A stretch of 49,223 nucleotides of DNA from Paramecium tetraurelia. Its lineage: Eukaryota. The DNA is taken from contig CT868174.1 in NCBI GenBank assembly GCA_000165425.1, forward strand, positions 496,001 to 545,223. Reading direction: 5' to 3'. Below the pieces are notes generated by a model. That model worked only from the letters and a program-made list of their open reading frames with translations, made no database searches and was not told where the DNA came from. Position numbers and translations under genes: made by a program. Of this stretch, positions 11,596 to 25,083 are shown piece by piece (positions within the stretch are counted from its first letter, which is position 1; each line of letters begins with the position of its first letter).

Positions 11596-14286
11596 TCATA
11601 AATTTTCAAATTTGTTTGGGTTGAGAATTTTAGAGAAATTGTAGTTCTACGCTTCTTGAAATTTATTATTGTTGTCATTATCAGTGGAGATATTTAATGA
11701 ATTCTTCCTGAAACTAATATTCTTATTGATTATCATATATTCAGGTGTTTGAGTATAAATAGGTTCCTCCTATTCTTGAGACATCTCTTCATCTTGTTAC
11801 TGCTAAATCACAGCAGCAATCTAACGAGCCTTCCTTATTAGTTTGATTTTCCTCATCATGGAGATTTTGAGCTTCAATGAAATGGTATTCCTCATAAATT
11901 GAACTCCTCCCATCTAAGCGTATTTATAGAGGGCTGTTTTGGTGTCCATCACTTGAGGCTAAACGTAATTTGAATCGACTAGGGTTTTTGCTTATATGAA
12001 TTCTAATATAGCGTTCTGTTATGTTAATGGATTGGTTCTATCATAATCAGTTGGTAATTTCAAATAGACATCCGAGTATCTGTCTTTCTCAGTAGATATA
12101 TTACTCTTCTTATCAAATAGCTTACTGATTCTAGTGGCTGGAGTAATCAATTCCAGACAAGAGAAACCTAAGCTAATAAAATTGACAGTCAATATGGCTG
12201 AACTAGAACTGAAAATATAGTCTGCCCACATTTAACCAACAGCCAATATTATAGGACTTAATTCAAATAAATTCATCATTTCTCGATTCAAATGAAAACT
12301 TTAAAAAGGAGGCTTGGAATTCCTTCTCAATAATAAGTACTTTTAGATCCAATAGTAGAGTAGCAATCCGGAACTGCAAAATAGTAAAGAAATTGGCAGC
12401 AAAGGTGCAAAGAGTAGTGAGATCCAAATAGATAAACATATGTATGAATATTGCTCGTATAAAAATACCGAGGGTCCTTCAAATATTTTATTTGCCTCTA
12501 TTTGGTTAAAATTGTTATCGACTTTAAAGAAGTATTGCTGGTATAACTTATAGAGATAGAGTGGATCCAAATAGGCCAAAATAGGAACAAAGAATGAATT
12601 CACAATTAACAAAAAGAATGCATCTGAAATTACCCCTCCTTATCTGGAATATGCATATGTTGATGCATAATTGTCAGTCTTAACATTTTCAAAATTATAC
12701 ACCAAAATATTTATAACTTTAGTGAAGATTCCTGAATTAAAAAATTAAACAATTGCCAATTTAGTTGCCACAGAAACATCATGATGAGTCTTGGTAAAAT
12801 GCTTTTCTGATAATCCTAATAACTTGATAAAATAGTAGATGATCTAATTTATAATTGTGATTATTAATGAGATAACCAGCGTTATTATTATCAGTATAGC
12901 ATCATCATAGGATGAAAGGTTCTGGCTTTACAGAATATTCAAACCTAGTAAAATAGTGAAGGAAGCTCCTAAAATGAATATCGTAATAAAGAAATTCAAT
13001 ATTCTTTTTTGTAATTGATACTGAAAGTTAAACCCACAATTTTCCCAAAAGACATCATTCGGCTCTGGAGCCCTACAAATTATGATAATTCTATTTTTAA
13101 AGTAGAATCCCCTCTAATCTTATCGATTAATGAAGTAATATTTGAATCTAATCCATAACTCTTCCCAGTGAGAAAGTTTAGTTTAATCCAAAACCGATTA
13201 CAATTCTACATATATAAATGTGTCTATACATTCTTTAGTTTAGAAAGTCACAAATGCAACTTAAGTCTAGTGTGCATATTATTAATTTTCAACTTCATTC
13301 TCAATCTTTGTTAATTTTTCATCTAAAATTCCTATCCTTTATTTCAATTCATTAAGCTAGTTGATTTTCATAGATCGTGGATAACGACCATATTATTTAT
13401 AATAATTCTCAATTCTTTCTATTTTCTTTTCCAGACTCATCTTTTCCCTACTGAATTCAACAAATGAAGTAATGTCATATGCTATTATTATCTTGACAAT
13501 TTCGTATTACCCGCTCTCATCAAACTAATAACAAAAATCGAGCAACGCATCCTTTAATTCTGCTTCATTATATTCATTTATAGGTAGATTGGTCATCATT
13601 GCTGTGAAATCTGAAGGCGATACAAATTCCTAATCACAAATCCTTACTGTTCTCCTCTATGATATCCTTACTCTAATCATTGCAAACTTAAACACCAAAA
13701 TACTGCATAAAACTAATATGGATTAAACTAATTTCGAAGTCTCATCAAACTACTTGTTTGCGAATGACATTTAGAGAACTGATGTTCCTAGACAAATATC
13801 CCCAATTTTGGCACATATAGTCTCACAATCATTTGAATGTAATAATTTAGTGATAGAAGAAAAATCAGTCGAATTTTAAGGACAGTTTTTATTGCAAAGT
13901 CCATTTAATGAAAGCTTATAAAATAAATTTTCTTCTGAAATGCAATCGTGATTTCCTAAATTTGCTATTAAAGATGGTATCCCAAGTAGAGTAAATAAAA
14001 TAAGCACTATCAATATTAATTACGAAGTCATCTCAAAAAATAAAGGCATTCCCTGACCCAGAAATGCCAAATCCAATCTATTTTAGCATAATGAAATTTC
14101 CCTTTGTTGTATAGGCTATCCACAGCATGGGCAATGATCTGATTTTTACTCATTTTCTCCACAAATGGACGCTTTCTAATTAGTAATAATGCTTACCTAA
14201 TGAACTTTAGCCAGGTCAATACTGGCTGGTATGCGAAAAGGATCAAATGTTAAAGAATTCTTAGCATCAATCTTAATTTAATTCAT
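11596..14286 (-). CDS. OSCA/TMEM63-like channel, paralog B
   Basis: ATG 14286; 21-nt intron after HQ; CPCCG, SDFTAMM, AFVTFQT, RAPEPNDVFWEN and LPTDYDRTNP shared with paralogs A and C; stop 11598-11596. Confidence 0.8.
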
Positions 14287-14334
14287 TTTTAAACTCCTAT
14301 TGATTTAATATTATTAATTATATTAATTATCAAA

Positions 14335-17261
14335 ATGCAGGAGAACTCCAAAGAATATGATCCTTTTAAGATTCCAGCTGACACTAACATCTCTATTAAA
14401 CATAAAGTATAGGAATATAATGACTTACAAGAAAGCAACAAAATGTGGTACTCCAATAGCAAAATCTGAGTTATGTCCTTGTTGCGGTAGAGAAGTTGAA
14501 CAAGAATAAAAAGAAATTGGGATTTCTCCTATCGATTTAATTTATTTGGGCTAAGGAATCCCATTGTTCTTTCTGTTTCTTAAATAGATGATAGTAGTGA
14601 TATTAATAGTTTTTGGGATTATGGGGATATATTCATTGATTACGAATAGCATAAGTGATAATTGTCTAGACAACAAAAGTGACCTTCTGACCCTCTATTA
14701 AAATGGATTTTGTGAATAAAATTGTCCACTTCCTTTAGATGAGGACTATTTGAAAATAATTTCAATTCTAAAAACAGAAGACTGTTAAATAGTTTGCAAT
14801 CAATTTTCGAATGTTTGCACAACCATCTCGTCTACTAAAATAGCTTTATCCAACAAATAGCTAGATAAGGATTACAAGGAAGTTCAAGCAATCCTTGTAT
14901 TGTGCTCCATTATTTTGTTTAAAATCATACATGTGTTATTCAGAAGACATTAAAAATTAACATAAGATGAATTAGATAGAGGCTTGTTGTCAGCTTCAGA
15001 TTTCACAGCAATGTTGACTAAATTACCTTAAAATTAATATACTGAATCTGAATTAAGGGAAAGCCTTTCAAAATATTGTAAATAAATTACGCAACTTTAA
15101 CCTGAATAAGAATTTGAAATAGTTAAAATTATAATTGCCTTCGACATTTTTGATTACATCAACATCATAAGAACAAAAACTGAATTGGAGAAGCAGTACT
15201 AAATTAATGAATCATTTAAAAATATTAATACTCAATATCCTCCTTAAGTGACTGCTGAAACCTAAAAAGAATTATTGTTACAAATTGAGAAGAAAGAGGA
15301 AGAACTATCTAAAATTGATAATGATATTCAGAAGAAATAATTCACATAAACAACACAGGTTGCATTTGTAACCTTCTAAACAAAAAAATGTATTGAACAT
15401 AAATATTAACTTAGAATTGGATACCATTGTTGAATACACTAAATTAACCTCCTGGCAACTAGTTTTGACAGCCATTTTAAATGTTTTTGGAAAGACCCTT
15501 AATAAAGGTTTTTACTTTAAAGATAAGCTAATATAAATTACAAGAGCTCCTGAACCAGATGATGTGTTTTGGGAGAATTGCGGATATAGTTTAAAGTACA
15601 AAATATAGCAAAGAACTTTAAGTTGGCTCATTACATTAGTGTTACTTGTTACTTCATTTTTTATTCTATTTGGATTAGATTATGTTTAAAATAACTATCT
15701 GAAAGATCAAAACATTAATTATGTTCTATTGACAATCATTTCTTTGATAATCTCATTGATAATTTCAATTATTAATGCAATGATTTATTTTAGCATTACA
15801 ATTTTGGCCAACAAAGAGAAGCATTACACAAAAACACATTATGATGTCTCAGTTGCAACTAAATTAATCTATGTTTAATTTGTGAATTCAGGATTGCTAA
15901 TTATGGCAACAAACATCTTAGTTTAAGGATTGTAAAATCGAAATGATTTGAATGAAGATATTGAATTACAAAGTTTGGCATTCAGTAGACCAGGAGGAGT
16001 AGCATAGGATGCCTTTATCATTACTTTAATAAATGCACTAATAACTCCTTTAACTTCATTTTTTGATATATTTTATATGAGAAAACTACTCCAACAAAGA
16101 AATTTAGAGAAAAGTACAACCAACGCAATCACTTAAACAGAGGCAAACACAATTTTTGAAGGACCACAAGTTTTATTATATGATAACTATGCATATGTTT
16201 GTAAGACAGTTTGGATTACTTTATTTTTTGCTCCATTGGTACCTATTTCTTTGTTATTTTGTATATGTGGTTTGTTTTTATATTATTGGTTATAGAAATA
16301 TCTACTTTTAAGAAGAAAATGTAGACCTCCACTTCAAAGTAGTCATTTGAACAGTGAAATGTGCAATATTATTAATTTCAGTCCCATCTTATTAGCTGCA
16401 GGATAATTGTGGGTAGACTTTGTATTTGAATCAAATGCAACAACCAAGATTGTAAATTTTGTTTCAATTGGGTTTTCTGGATTAGAATTCTTTTTCCCTT
16501 TTGAAAAGTTAGCTAAAAAGTTTTTGTCTTGGCCAGAAGATCCAAATGAATTGAGTAAATACTCTGAGAAATGGCACGAATTACCAACGGACTACGATAG
16601 AATAAATCCAATAACTAGATAATAAGCTATATAAAATTATGTAAAATTTAAGTAATCGGTTGATAATAAAGGGAACAATTAAAATAATCAATAAAATGAC
16701 CAAGTTTTGTAAGCATTAAGATAATATGCATTTGAAGGAGGAGAATACAAATTCAAATCTCATTTGATTCATAAATTGAAAGCAGTTACTAATTTATAAA
16801 CTAATAAACAAACCAATAATATTCCTATTAATACAATTGAAATGCAACCTAAATCTACAAATTAATTCTAATAATAAGAAGATAAGACGGCATTGCTTGG
16901 ATAATAATAATACATCTCACAAATTTAAAGGATGCAATAATAAATTGAGCAACCTAATTAAAATCAGAATAATTATCCTGTATATCCCCCTTAATAATAA
17001 TATTATTCATATGATCAAAATAATTAGCAGTAGCCATATTATCAATAAAATCAATAACAATAATATTAGCAACCTTATTAGCAAAATTAGTTTCCAAATG
17101 CTTAAATGCCATACTATAATCAAGATCCTCGAATGTATCAATAATAGCCTGGACAAAATCCATAATAACCTGGACAATACCCATAATAGCCTACTCAATA
17201 TCCATAATAGCCTGGTTAATATCCATATTAATAATATCCAAATAACTAATATCATTATTGA
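14335..17261 (+). CDS. OSCA/TMEM63-like channel, paralog C, with a Q/P/Y-rich C-terminal tail
   Basis: First two introns at the same positions as in A and B; CPCCG, RAPEPDDVFWEN, LPTDYDRINP; TGA 17259-17261. Confidence 0.8.
17141..17224 (+). repeat. Coding minisatellite, 4 x 21 bp (QQPGQYP-like heptad)
   Basis: ataatagcctggacaaaatcc / ataataacctggacaataccc / ataatagcctactcaatatcc / ataatagcctggttaatatcc. Confidence 0.9.
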
Positions 17262-17313
17262 AACATTTATATAAATATATATTTTTTGATTACATTATTA
17301 TTACAATCGCTAT

Positions 17314-18921
17314 ATGATCGATCAAATAGTCAAAGGATTTTAAAAAATTGATAGATTTGGAGCCATATTTAGACCGCCTATTGTAGATATTCATCCAGAA
17401 TATAGGTCGGTTCTAGGAGGAATTGCTACACTCGTTTTATATGGTTCAAGTGTAGCATACTTTTTGTATCAAATCATTTAATGGCAATCCAACTAGTTAT
17501 TACCGAAAATCACTCAAATCTAGATTTCCTACGATGAAAAATATTACAATATTGAAGATCAATTGTCCTCGTTTTACATAAGAAAAAATTTTAAGAATGA
17601 TTAAATTGACCCATTCGACCCAAGAAACATCATTTTGCAGCCGATCCTTTCTAAATTCTCAAATTAACAACTTGTTAAATCTTATTCATTTTATTATGAC
17701 TAAAAATTGGAAGATCAAGATATTCGTGAAGTTATTTTAGCAAATATAGAACTAAACTTAAATACTAACAAATCAAGTGATAATCCACAAATTGAATACT
17801 TATTATCGTTTGGGACATGCATGGATATATATTTGTTGGAAGGGCAGAAGTGTGCAAATGAATCCTTGGTAAACACTTACATGAATCAAAAGAGTCATGC
17901 ATTAATAATGAATCATTTTGTTAAAGAATATAATTCGAAATAAAAACGAATATAAAACGTAAAAAAACAATTTTTAGCAATCCTTACAAAAAATACAACA
18001 CTATATTTCTAAAATCAAATCAGATTATCTAAAACGCAAATTGATGATGGCTTCTTATTTCCTTCTAATTCAAAAAAAGAATTTCCTATTGATACCATAA
18101 TTATATCTTAAACTACAGTCCCTGATAGCTTTTAAAACATATTCGGCCGACCAACTTACTTGGTTATGGCATATGGTTTAAGTGAAGTAATACAAGAACA
18201 GTATATCGAGTATCCCAAGATATCCGAAGTACTGGCTGACATTGGATCTATTGTTTCAATTATCTTAGTTTTATCATACTTATTCATCTTTTTTAATGAA
18301 CACAACTTGGAAAAAGAATCCATTTAAAAGGTCATTTAAATGTATTACCCTGAATTCTGCAATATGAAATTTAAGTAAAATTGGTATGGCAAAATTGTTG
18401 ATGTTAAATACAATAATATTCCAATTGACAAAGATGAATTCTTGATATTCTATAATAAGATTTAGAAAATTGCAACAAAGAAACTCAGCATTACTAACAT
18501 ATTATACACTCTGTCGAAGTTACAATTTCTATTGTAATCAACATACAATGTAGATAAAATCAAATTGGCTCATAAAATTGGAATCAAACTAAAGCAATTT
18601 TCTAAAGCTAGCAATATTGCATTAATTCAAGAATAATTGAATTTTTAAGAAATATCGAGAAATGAATCCAAAGATCAAATCTAAATTCATGATATTGCTA
18701 ACATCAATCCTAATGACTAAAACAACAATCCGAATTCTATGATAAGGCTGGAGACTATCAATAAAGATAATTCTAAAAGCATCTTTTTGAAATTAAAAGA
18801 CGAATACCATCTCTTGAATGATGAGGACTTCCAATTTTTTACAATTGATGAACCTATTCTTATAGATAATGATATCTAGAAGTCGGATACTTATTTTGAG
18901 AATAATTTTATTGATCTTTGA
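17314..18921 (+). CDS. Ciliate two-TM membrane protein with a large extracellular loop (DEG/ENaC-like TM2 motif)
   Basis: Intronless frame; N-terminal DRFG..YRSVLGGIATLVLY (TM1) and YPKISEVLADIGSIVSIILVL (TM2); TGA 18919-18921. Confidence 0.75.
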
Positions 18922-18955
18922 CATTCTTTATTTCAATATTTTATAAAAATTAATT

Positions 18956-19761
18956 ATGAATACTTTAACAAAAATTGCTAAACATTTTTGTAAATAGATT
19001 AAAGAAAAAAAGGATGATTTCTTAAGCAGTGATAGATATGTTTACGCAAGACAAAAACTCCAAATAATCAATGATCCAAAATTTATACAGAAAACAATTA
19101 AAATAGAAGAATCTGCTAAAGCGAAAAACTATTATTTAACAAGTAAACAATTTCCTATATTGCTTTGTGCTGGAACATTATTCTTCTATCACCTATGGTA
19201 AGTAATGCCTTACTCTAAAATATTTAAACACACCTCCATTAGTGAGTATACTAAGGACCTTCTTTATCCAATTTTATTGTCACCCTCATCACATTAAACA
19301 TCTTAATCGTTTTTAACTTATGTGCCAGCTTTAATATGTGGATTGTATTTAAATGGCTATTATATGAATTACAAAGGAATGATAGGATTGTACTTAACTA
19401 ATAGTTTAGTATAAATATTTAAGTATTTAGTTAAGTAGTGCTGTAACATATTATTACGAAAAATATCGAAATGAGTAGTTGGGAATATCAATGATATCAC
19501 CAAAGACTACTGGGGCCTGCACAGCGTTAGCATATATATTTTCATTTGCTGTCCTCTCACCTGATTATATGATAAGAGTACTCAAATTATACTAAATAGA
19601 AAAAACTTCCATTTGCCATCTTTCCACTGCTATACTTAATATACGAAGTTGAAGAACTCCTTATGGATGATCAACAAAATTGCAGACCAGCTCATATCTC
19701 ATCCATAATTCTAGGAGCTACATATGGGCTTATTTTCAAAAAATATTACAAATTTTTATGA
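18956..19761 (+). CDS. Rhomboid-like (PARL-type) membrane protein, probably non-canonical or inactive
   Basis: Two 22-nt GTA..TAG introns; basic N-terminus; LSPSSHQ, TTGACTALAY (GxS position) and PAHISSIILG (AHxGG position). Confidence 0.6.
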
Positions 19762-19792
19762 AATTTTGAGTTAATGTTTAATAATATTAATA

Positions 19793-20289
19793 ATGCAATA
19801 GTATAATATTAACTATTCCTATCATATTTGGATTGAAGATTATTCGAGGAAAATATCATATTTTTCTAAATTACAATCTCTAAATCTCATGCATGGAACA
19901 CTTAAAATGTTCAAATCATAAGCTTAAAGGGATGCAAGTCAGATAGGACATAAAATTATTCAATTATCAACTCAATAGTATTAAAATAAAATCTCTATTT
20001 AGAAAATATAAATGATCGATATTATAAATTATAATAGAAATAATATCATATTGATATTTTGCACCTATCAAGAAGTGTGGTAAATTGAAATTATCATTGC
20101 CTGAAGAATACAGATATTTTTCCCTTTACCTTATGTAAGGCTTAGGTAAGGTTCTTTTTAATTATTTCATAATAGTGAAAATAGATGAAATTTTAGTCAG
20201 TTTTAGAAAATAGGAAATGTGTGATACATTTCTAACATCCAACATACGTTATTTGAATGCAGTTAGAGAGGATCGATAATATTTTTGAT
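19793..20289 (+). pseudogene. Short hypothetical coding-like region; no clean spliced ORF found
   Basis: ATG 19793 opens about 100 codons. A second coding-like frame ends at TGA ~20289, but the candidate 25-nt intron leads to a stop. Confidence 0.3.
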
Positions 20290-20577
20290 AATTTTAGGCT
20301 AATGAATTGACTGGACATTCTCTGAACACTATATTAAGGTAGTATAAATTTCATTGAAAATATATAGAATTTTTTATTATTATGAATTGTGTATTGATTT
20401 GTATAAAAGAAATTAATGAATTATAAAAGAATATTTTTATAAATTAATTTGATTAATTTATAACTTTCAGAAAATTGGAATTTCATATTTTGAACATTTT
20501 GCTTACGCGTGTCAGTCTCTTATTTATGAATAATTAAATTATCTTTCATATGTATAATTATATATATATATATATAC

Positions 20578-21396
20578 TCAAATATTAAGTTTGTCTATGA
20601 GTTCTTCTAAGTTAGATTAATTAGTGATAAAGGGATGTTTATTAACTTGCTCAATAGTAAATCTTTTATTTGGATCTGGTTCTAGCATGTTTTAGATCAG
20701 ATCTTTGAAATCAGGATGTGTGGGAGCTTTGATTAGTTTATCAAAATAATTCCAAAACTGTTGCCACTTTTATTAGATAATGGTGTTCCAAAATCGGCAC
20801 TTAGATTGTATGGTAACTGTAAAGGGAGGATACCCGTAAGCTAGAATGAATATAACAACTCCAAGAGCAAAAACATCTGTTTTTTTGAGTGAATTAGAAT
20901 TGATGATTTTGTCTTCTAAGTTAAGTTCTGGTGCCATGTAGGTAGCGGTTCCACAATGCCTAGGATATTACTTAGATGTGTGAAGACAAACAGATAGACC
21001 AAAATCTATGATATACATTTTGGCTTCTGAATTGAGCATGATATTCTCAAGTTTAATGTCTCTGTGAACATAGTCTATTGAATGCATATAAAGTATAGCA
21101 TTTGATAGTTATAATAGAATTTATTGGATAGTGATACTTTGTAATGGTCCATGAGTGATAATGAGTTAATGAAGGTCTGTTTTCATCAAAGCGGTTGTGT
21201 ACCAATTATAATCTTGATCAAATTCTAAAATTGAAATAATGTTCTCGTGTTTAAGAGAATTGAGTATTTTGATTTCTCTCTCACGCAATTTACGTGAACA
21301 CTCTTTAAATGATTTTAAAGCATATTATTTATGATTAATAATACATTTATTAATTACACTAGACAATCCATCACCAATTTTCTCAAGTATTTACAT
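20578..21396 (-). CDS. Ser/Thr protein kinase (single domain, about 270 aa)
   Basis: IGDGLSSV, ALK, HRDIKLEN, DFG, CGTATYMAPE, DVFALGV; intronless; stop 20580-20578. Confidence 0.93.
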
Positions 21397-21519
21397 TTCT
21401 ATTTTAGTAATAAATAATAATATATTAAATTAATAATGAATTTAAAAAGTTTAATTCTGATCATTTACAGATGGCGGATGAATTGCTTAAAATATGCACT
21501 TATAAATAAAAATCAAGAA

Positions 21520-22603
21520 TCATTCTACTAAAATTCCATCTTTCCAAACTCCTCTAATGTCATGTCGATCTGACGTAGAATATATTCCTTAGCCATCAAT
21601 CATGCCATCGTTGAATTCTCCTTCAAATTACTCTCCGTTTGTCAACATGAGGACTCCTTTTCCATGCATTTTGCCTTCATAGAAATCACCTAAATTAAAT
21701 TATAAACTTCTAACCTTCATAACTCAGCCATCCGTTCTCGATGTTCCCAAGATCCCTATAGTCATAAGGTCCCTAGATTTGTTCCACTTGGAAATTGATT
21801 AGTTTTCCCTGGCCATGATATTGATTGTCTCTCCAATATCCACTATATACTTCATTCTCATATTGGTCAGTGAGCACTCCGAATCCTTCCCTTACTGCAG
21901 GTTCGTAACCCTGTCCTCGATATATAAATCCATCTTCGTATTGTAATGCCAATTGTGTTAATTATTATTATTGTTATTTATTTTAATCTGCCGGATTATA
22001 TTTCTATACTAAATCTCTGGTTCTGTCAATAGCATCTTAGAATCTCTTCTCCAATTCATCTTCCTGTTACGTGTTGACTGGCGAAATGGATTTAATTTGG
22101 GGCGTCTACTATTAGATTTGTTATTATTATGTTTGGTGATAATTTTATTGTGGGAAAATCTATTGAGGGGTTTGATTAGGAAGTGTGTACGTTTGAGGCT
22201 TTTATACCGAATATCTGGGAGCAGTTTATGGGAGCGTTTATTATTGTTGTGAACTACTTGGATAAATTAATCTTTAGTTGTTAGAGTATTGAGGGTTTAT
22301 AGAATTAACAATTGGGAGTTGTTATTAATGAATAGAATTTCGTTATTGTCTGGCAGGACTGGGTTGATAAATTTATTGGGATTGAACAGTGTAGACTGGT
22401 TAGGTCTGTCTGGGTTAGATTGATGATTGATATTATTAATATTAGTATTATTGGGGTTATGGTTGTGTATAAATTACAAAAGCTGGTTGTGGTCGTCTGT
22501 AAGTTTGAGGTTGATACGGTGGTTAGTAATAAGTGGGTCTTTGTTGTGGAATTACAAATTATTTCGGTGGTGGTTGAGGAGATGTTAACAATTACTGTCT
22601 CAT
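21520..22603 (-). CDS. MORN-repeat protein with a Q/P-rich N-terminus
   Basis: Repeats YRGQG..REGFGVL, YSGYWRDNQYHGQGKL, YEGDFYEGKMHGKGVL and FEGEFNDGMIDG; small intron ~21690-21714. Confidence 0.88.
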
Positions 22604-22626
22604 TAATTTTATTGATAATAATTTTA

Positions 22627-23315
22627 ATGTATAGTGAATAAAATAAGAGAGTTATCAAATTAGACGAGGATGAAGAAAATACACCCGAAAACCTTATTAC
22701 AATATACGAGAAGATGAATCTAGAGACAGCTGGTAAAATTTGGGAATGTGTACTACCATTTTCATTAATTTATAGTCTTTAATCTTGGGCAGATATCTAA
22801 TCAAGCAATCGTATTTCAACAAGATTGAACTGGCCAACAAGAACGTTCTCGAATTGGGTTGTGGAACTGGGATCTTGAGCATCATTCTAGGAAAGCAAGG
22901 TTGTAATGTTTTGGCCACTGATTTGCCACAGGTTGAAGCTCTATGTGAACAGAACATATCAAAGAATAACATTGCCAGTCAGGTCAAATTCAAAATACTT
23001 GATTGGAATCAAAGTAAGCACAAAACTGATTGTCTGATTGATAAAAAATAAATTGATATTCTAGTCGCTAGTGATCCAATTTATAACTAGAAAACCTTTG
23101 ACTCCTTCTTTGCTCAATTGAAAATATTGTATGAAGTGATACCCAATAAACCTATACTCTATCTGGCTCACAAATACAGACATGATGAATTTGATAAAAT
23201 CCTAGAAGACAAAATTGAAGAAACTGAGTTGTGGTTTAAAAAGGTTGATTCAGAACACTTGGATGATCTATGGAAATCATAATAGTGCGTAGTCTATAAA
23301 ATAGGCAAATTTTGA
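22627..23315 (+). CDS. METTL21/family-16 SAM-dependent protein lysine methyltransferase
   Basis: AGKIWECS, VLELGCGTG, ATD, LDW and ASDPIY motifs; 26-nt intron ~22750-22775; TGA 23313-23315. Confidence 0.88.
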
Positions 23316-23349
23316 TTTGTTATTGGTTTATCACATATATATTACATTT

Positions 23350-25083
23350 TCATAGTTTACTTTATGTCAACCAAGCATGTTCCTAAGGTTTCTTTTATCC
23401 ATATGGGTTGATTCTCACATTTACAATATAACTTTATTGAGGATTGCTAAGGATCTCTTTCATAGCATTATGCAACTGATCATGGGTTTCTACTAAAAAG
23501 CCCTTTCCTCCGAATGATTCACACTTAAATTAATTGTAAAATGTACCAATTTCTCATATCTAGAATTAGGATTCAAGGCAGTCACTGGCTTTTCATTATT
23601 CTTTTCGGATAACTCATCCACACCCACAAAAATTCCATTGTTGTTGATAATAATAAGGACCAAGGGCAGATTGTATCTAGTAGATGTCTCAAATTCAAAT
23701 CCTGAAAATCCAAATGCACTATCTCCCAAAATGGCAAACACTTATTTATCTCTGAACACTAATTTGGATGCTATTGCAAATGGCAATCCTATTCCCATAG
23801 TACCAAATGTTCCACTATCCAACTTTCTTCTTGGTAGATCATGTTCAATTATTGTTCTACCAACATCCATTGTATTGGCTCCTTCACCAACATAAACACA
23901 ATCCCTTGGTAAATATTATTTTATTATTCCAAATGCTATGCAAAATTATACTGATTAGTACCACTATAGTATTCTAAGGGTAGCTCCTTATCATTCATTA
24001 ACTATTAATTTGTGAGAGTATTCTTGTTTCTCTTATCAAATAGTTTGTCAATCCATTATTTGTTACTAAATTACCAATTTCCAAATGACTTCTACAACTG
24101 ATCAACCACCAAAGAAACATCTCCAAATAACGTTGTTGTTCTTCTATTATTGTTAAATTCCTCTGGGAAGTTATCAATTTAAATGAATTGGCAATTGTCA
24201 TCAAACCTTGGTGGCAAACCAAAATGTAATATCCAATTTAACCTTGCACCTACCAATAAAATAACATCGGCATCTCCAAGGGCTGTAGATCTAGCTGCAG
24301 ATACATTAAGATGATTAGAATCAGGAACCACTCCTTTGCCCATAGGACTTGGTAAAAATGGCAATTTTGTTGATTCGATGAACTTGATCACCTGCTCCTC
24401 TGCTAAGCTGATACTAGCTCCCTTGCCTACAATAACCAAGGGTCTCTTTGCATTCTTTAATTGCTCAACTGCTTGAAGTATGTTTTTTGGATCTGCTAAA
24501 CTTTTGGGTATTTATTCTAATGTGAATGAAGGTACTTTAATCAATTCTGTCTCGGGGATATTGCTCCTTAATAAATCTCCTGAGACCTCGATGTAAGTGA
24601 CTCCAGGTCTGCCTACACAACTTTATCTGATTGCTTTTTCAATTAAAATGGGGGCTTATCTTAAATTGGTTATCTAAACACAATTATAGTGAAATTTACC
24701 TTGGCTCCGAATTTGATGTATGGCTTGACCATATTCCATTGGTCACACTCCTAAAATGCCCCATAGGATTATTGACCATTTTCTGAACTTCCAGCCACTA
24801 TGACCATTGGCCATCCATTCACCTGAGCATTCGCAGCTCCTGCCAAAGCATGGATTAAACCAGGTCCACTAACTACTAAGCAGACGGCTGGCAAACGAGT
24901 AAGATATCCTATTGCTCCACATGCATAAGATGCTCCTTATTCGTTTCTAAAACCGTAGTATTCCATTCCTTAAGCCTGAAAGGCATAGCCTAGTTCAATG
25001 ACTGGGACTCCAACGATGCCAAACACATATTTCAGATGATTTTGAGCAAACGATTATGCGATGACTTAATTTCCTGAAATCAT
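23350..25083 (-). CDS. HACL1: 2-hydroxyacyl-CoA lyase (ThDP-dependent), peroxisomal
   Basis: [56 protein letters not shown]-terminal SKL (PTS1) before the stop; several small introns. Confidence 0.93.

Noticed and set aside
17007..17255. Hydrophobic repeat ORF (LLWILSR)n on the minus strand
   Set aside because: Antisense shadow of the QQPGQYP repeats of channel paralog C.
20559..20576. (TA)n microsatellite after the kinase stop
   Set aside because: Short, and expected in AT-rich 3' regions.
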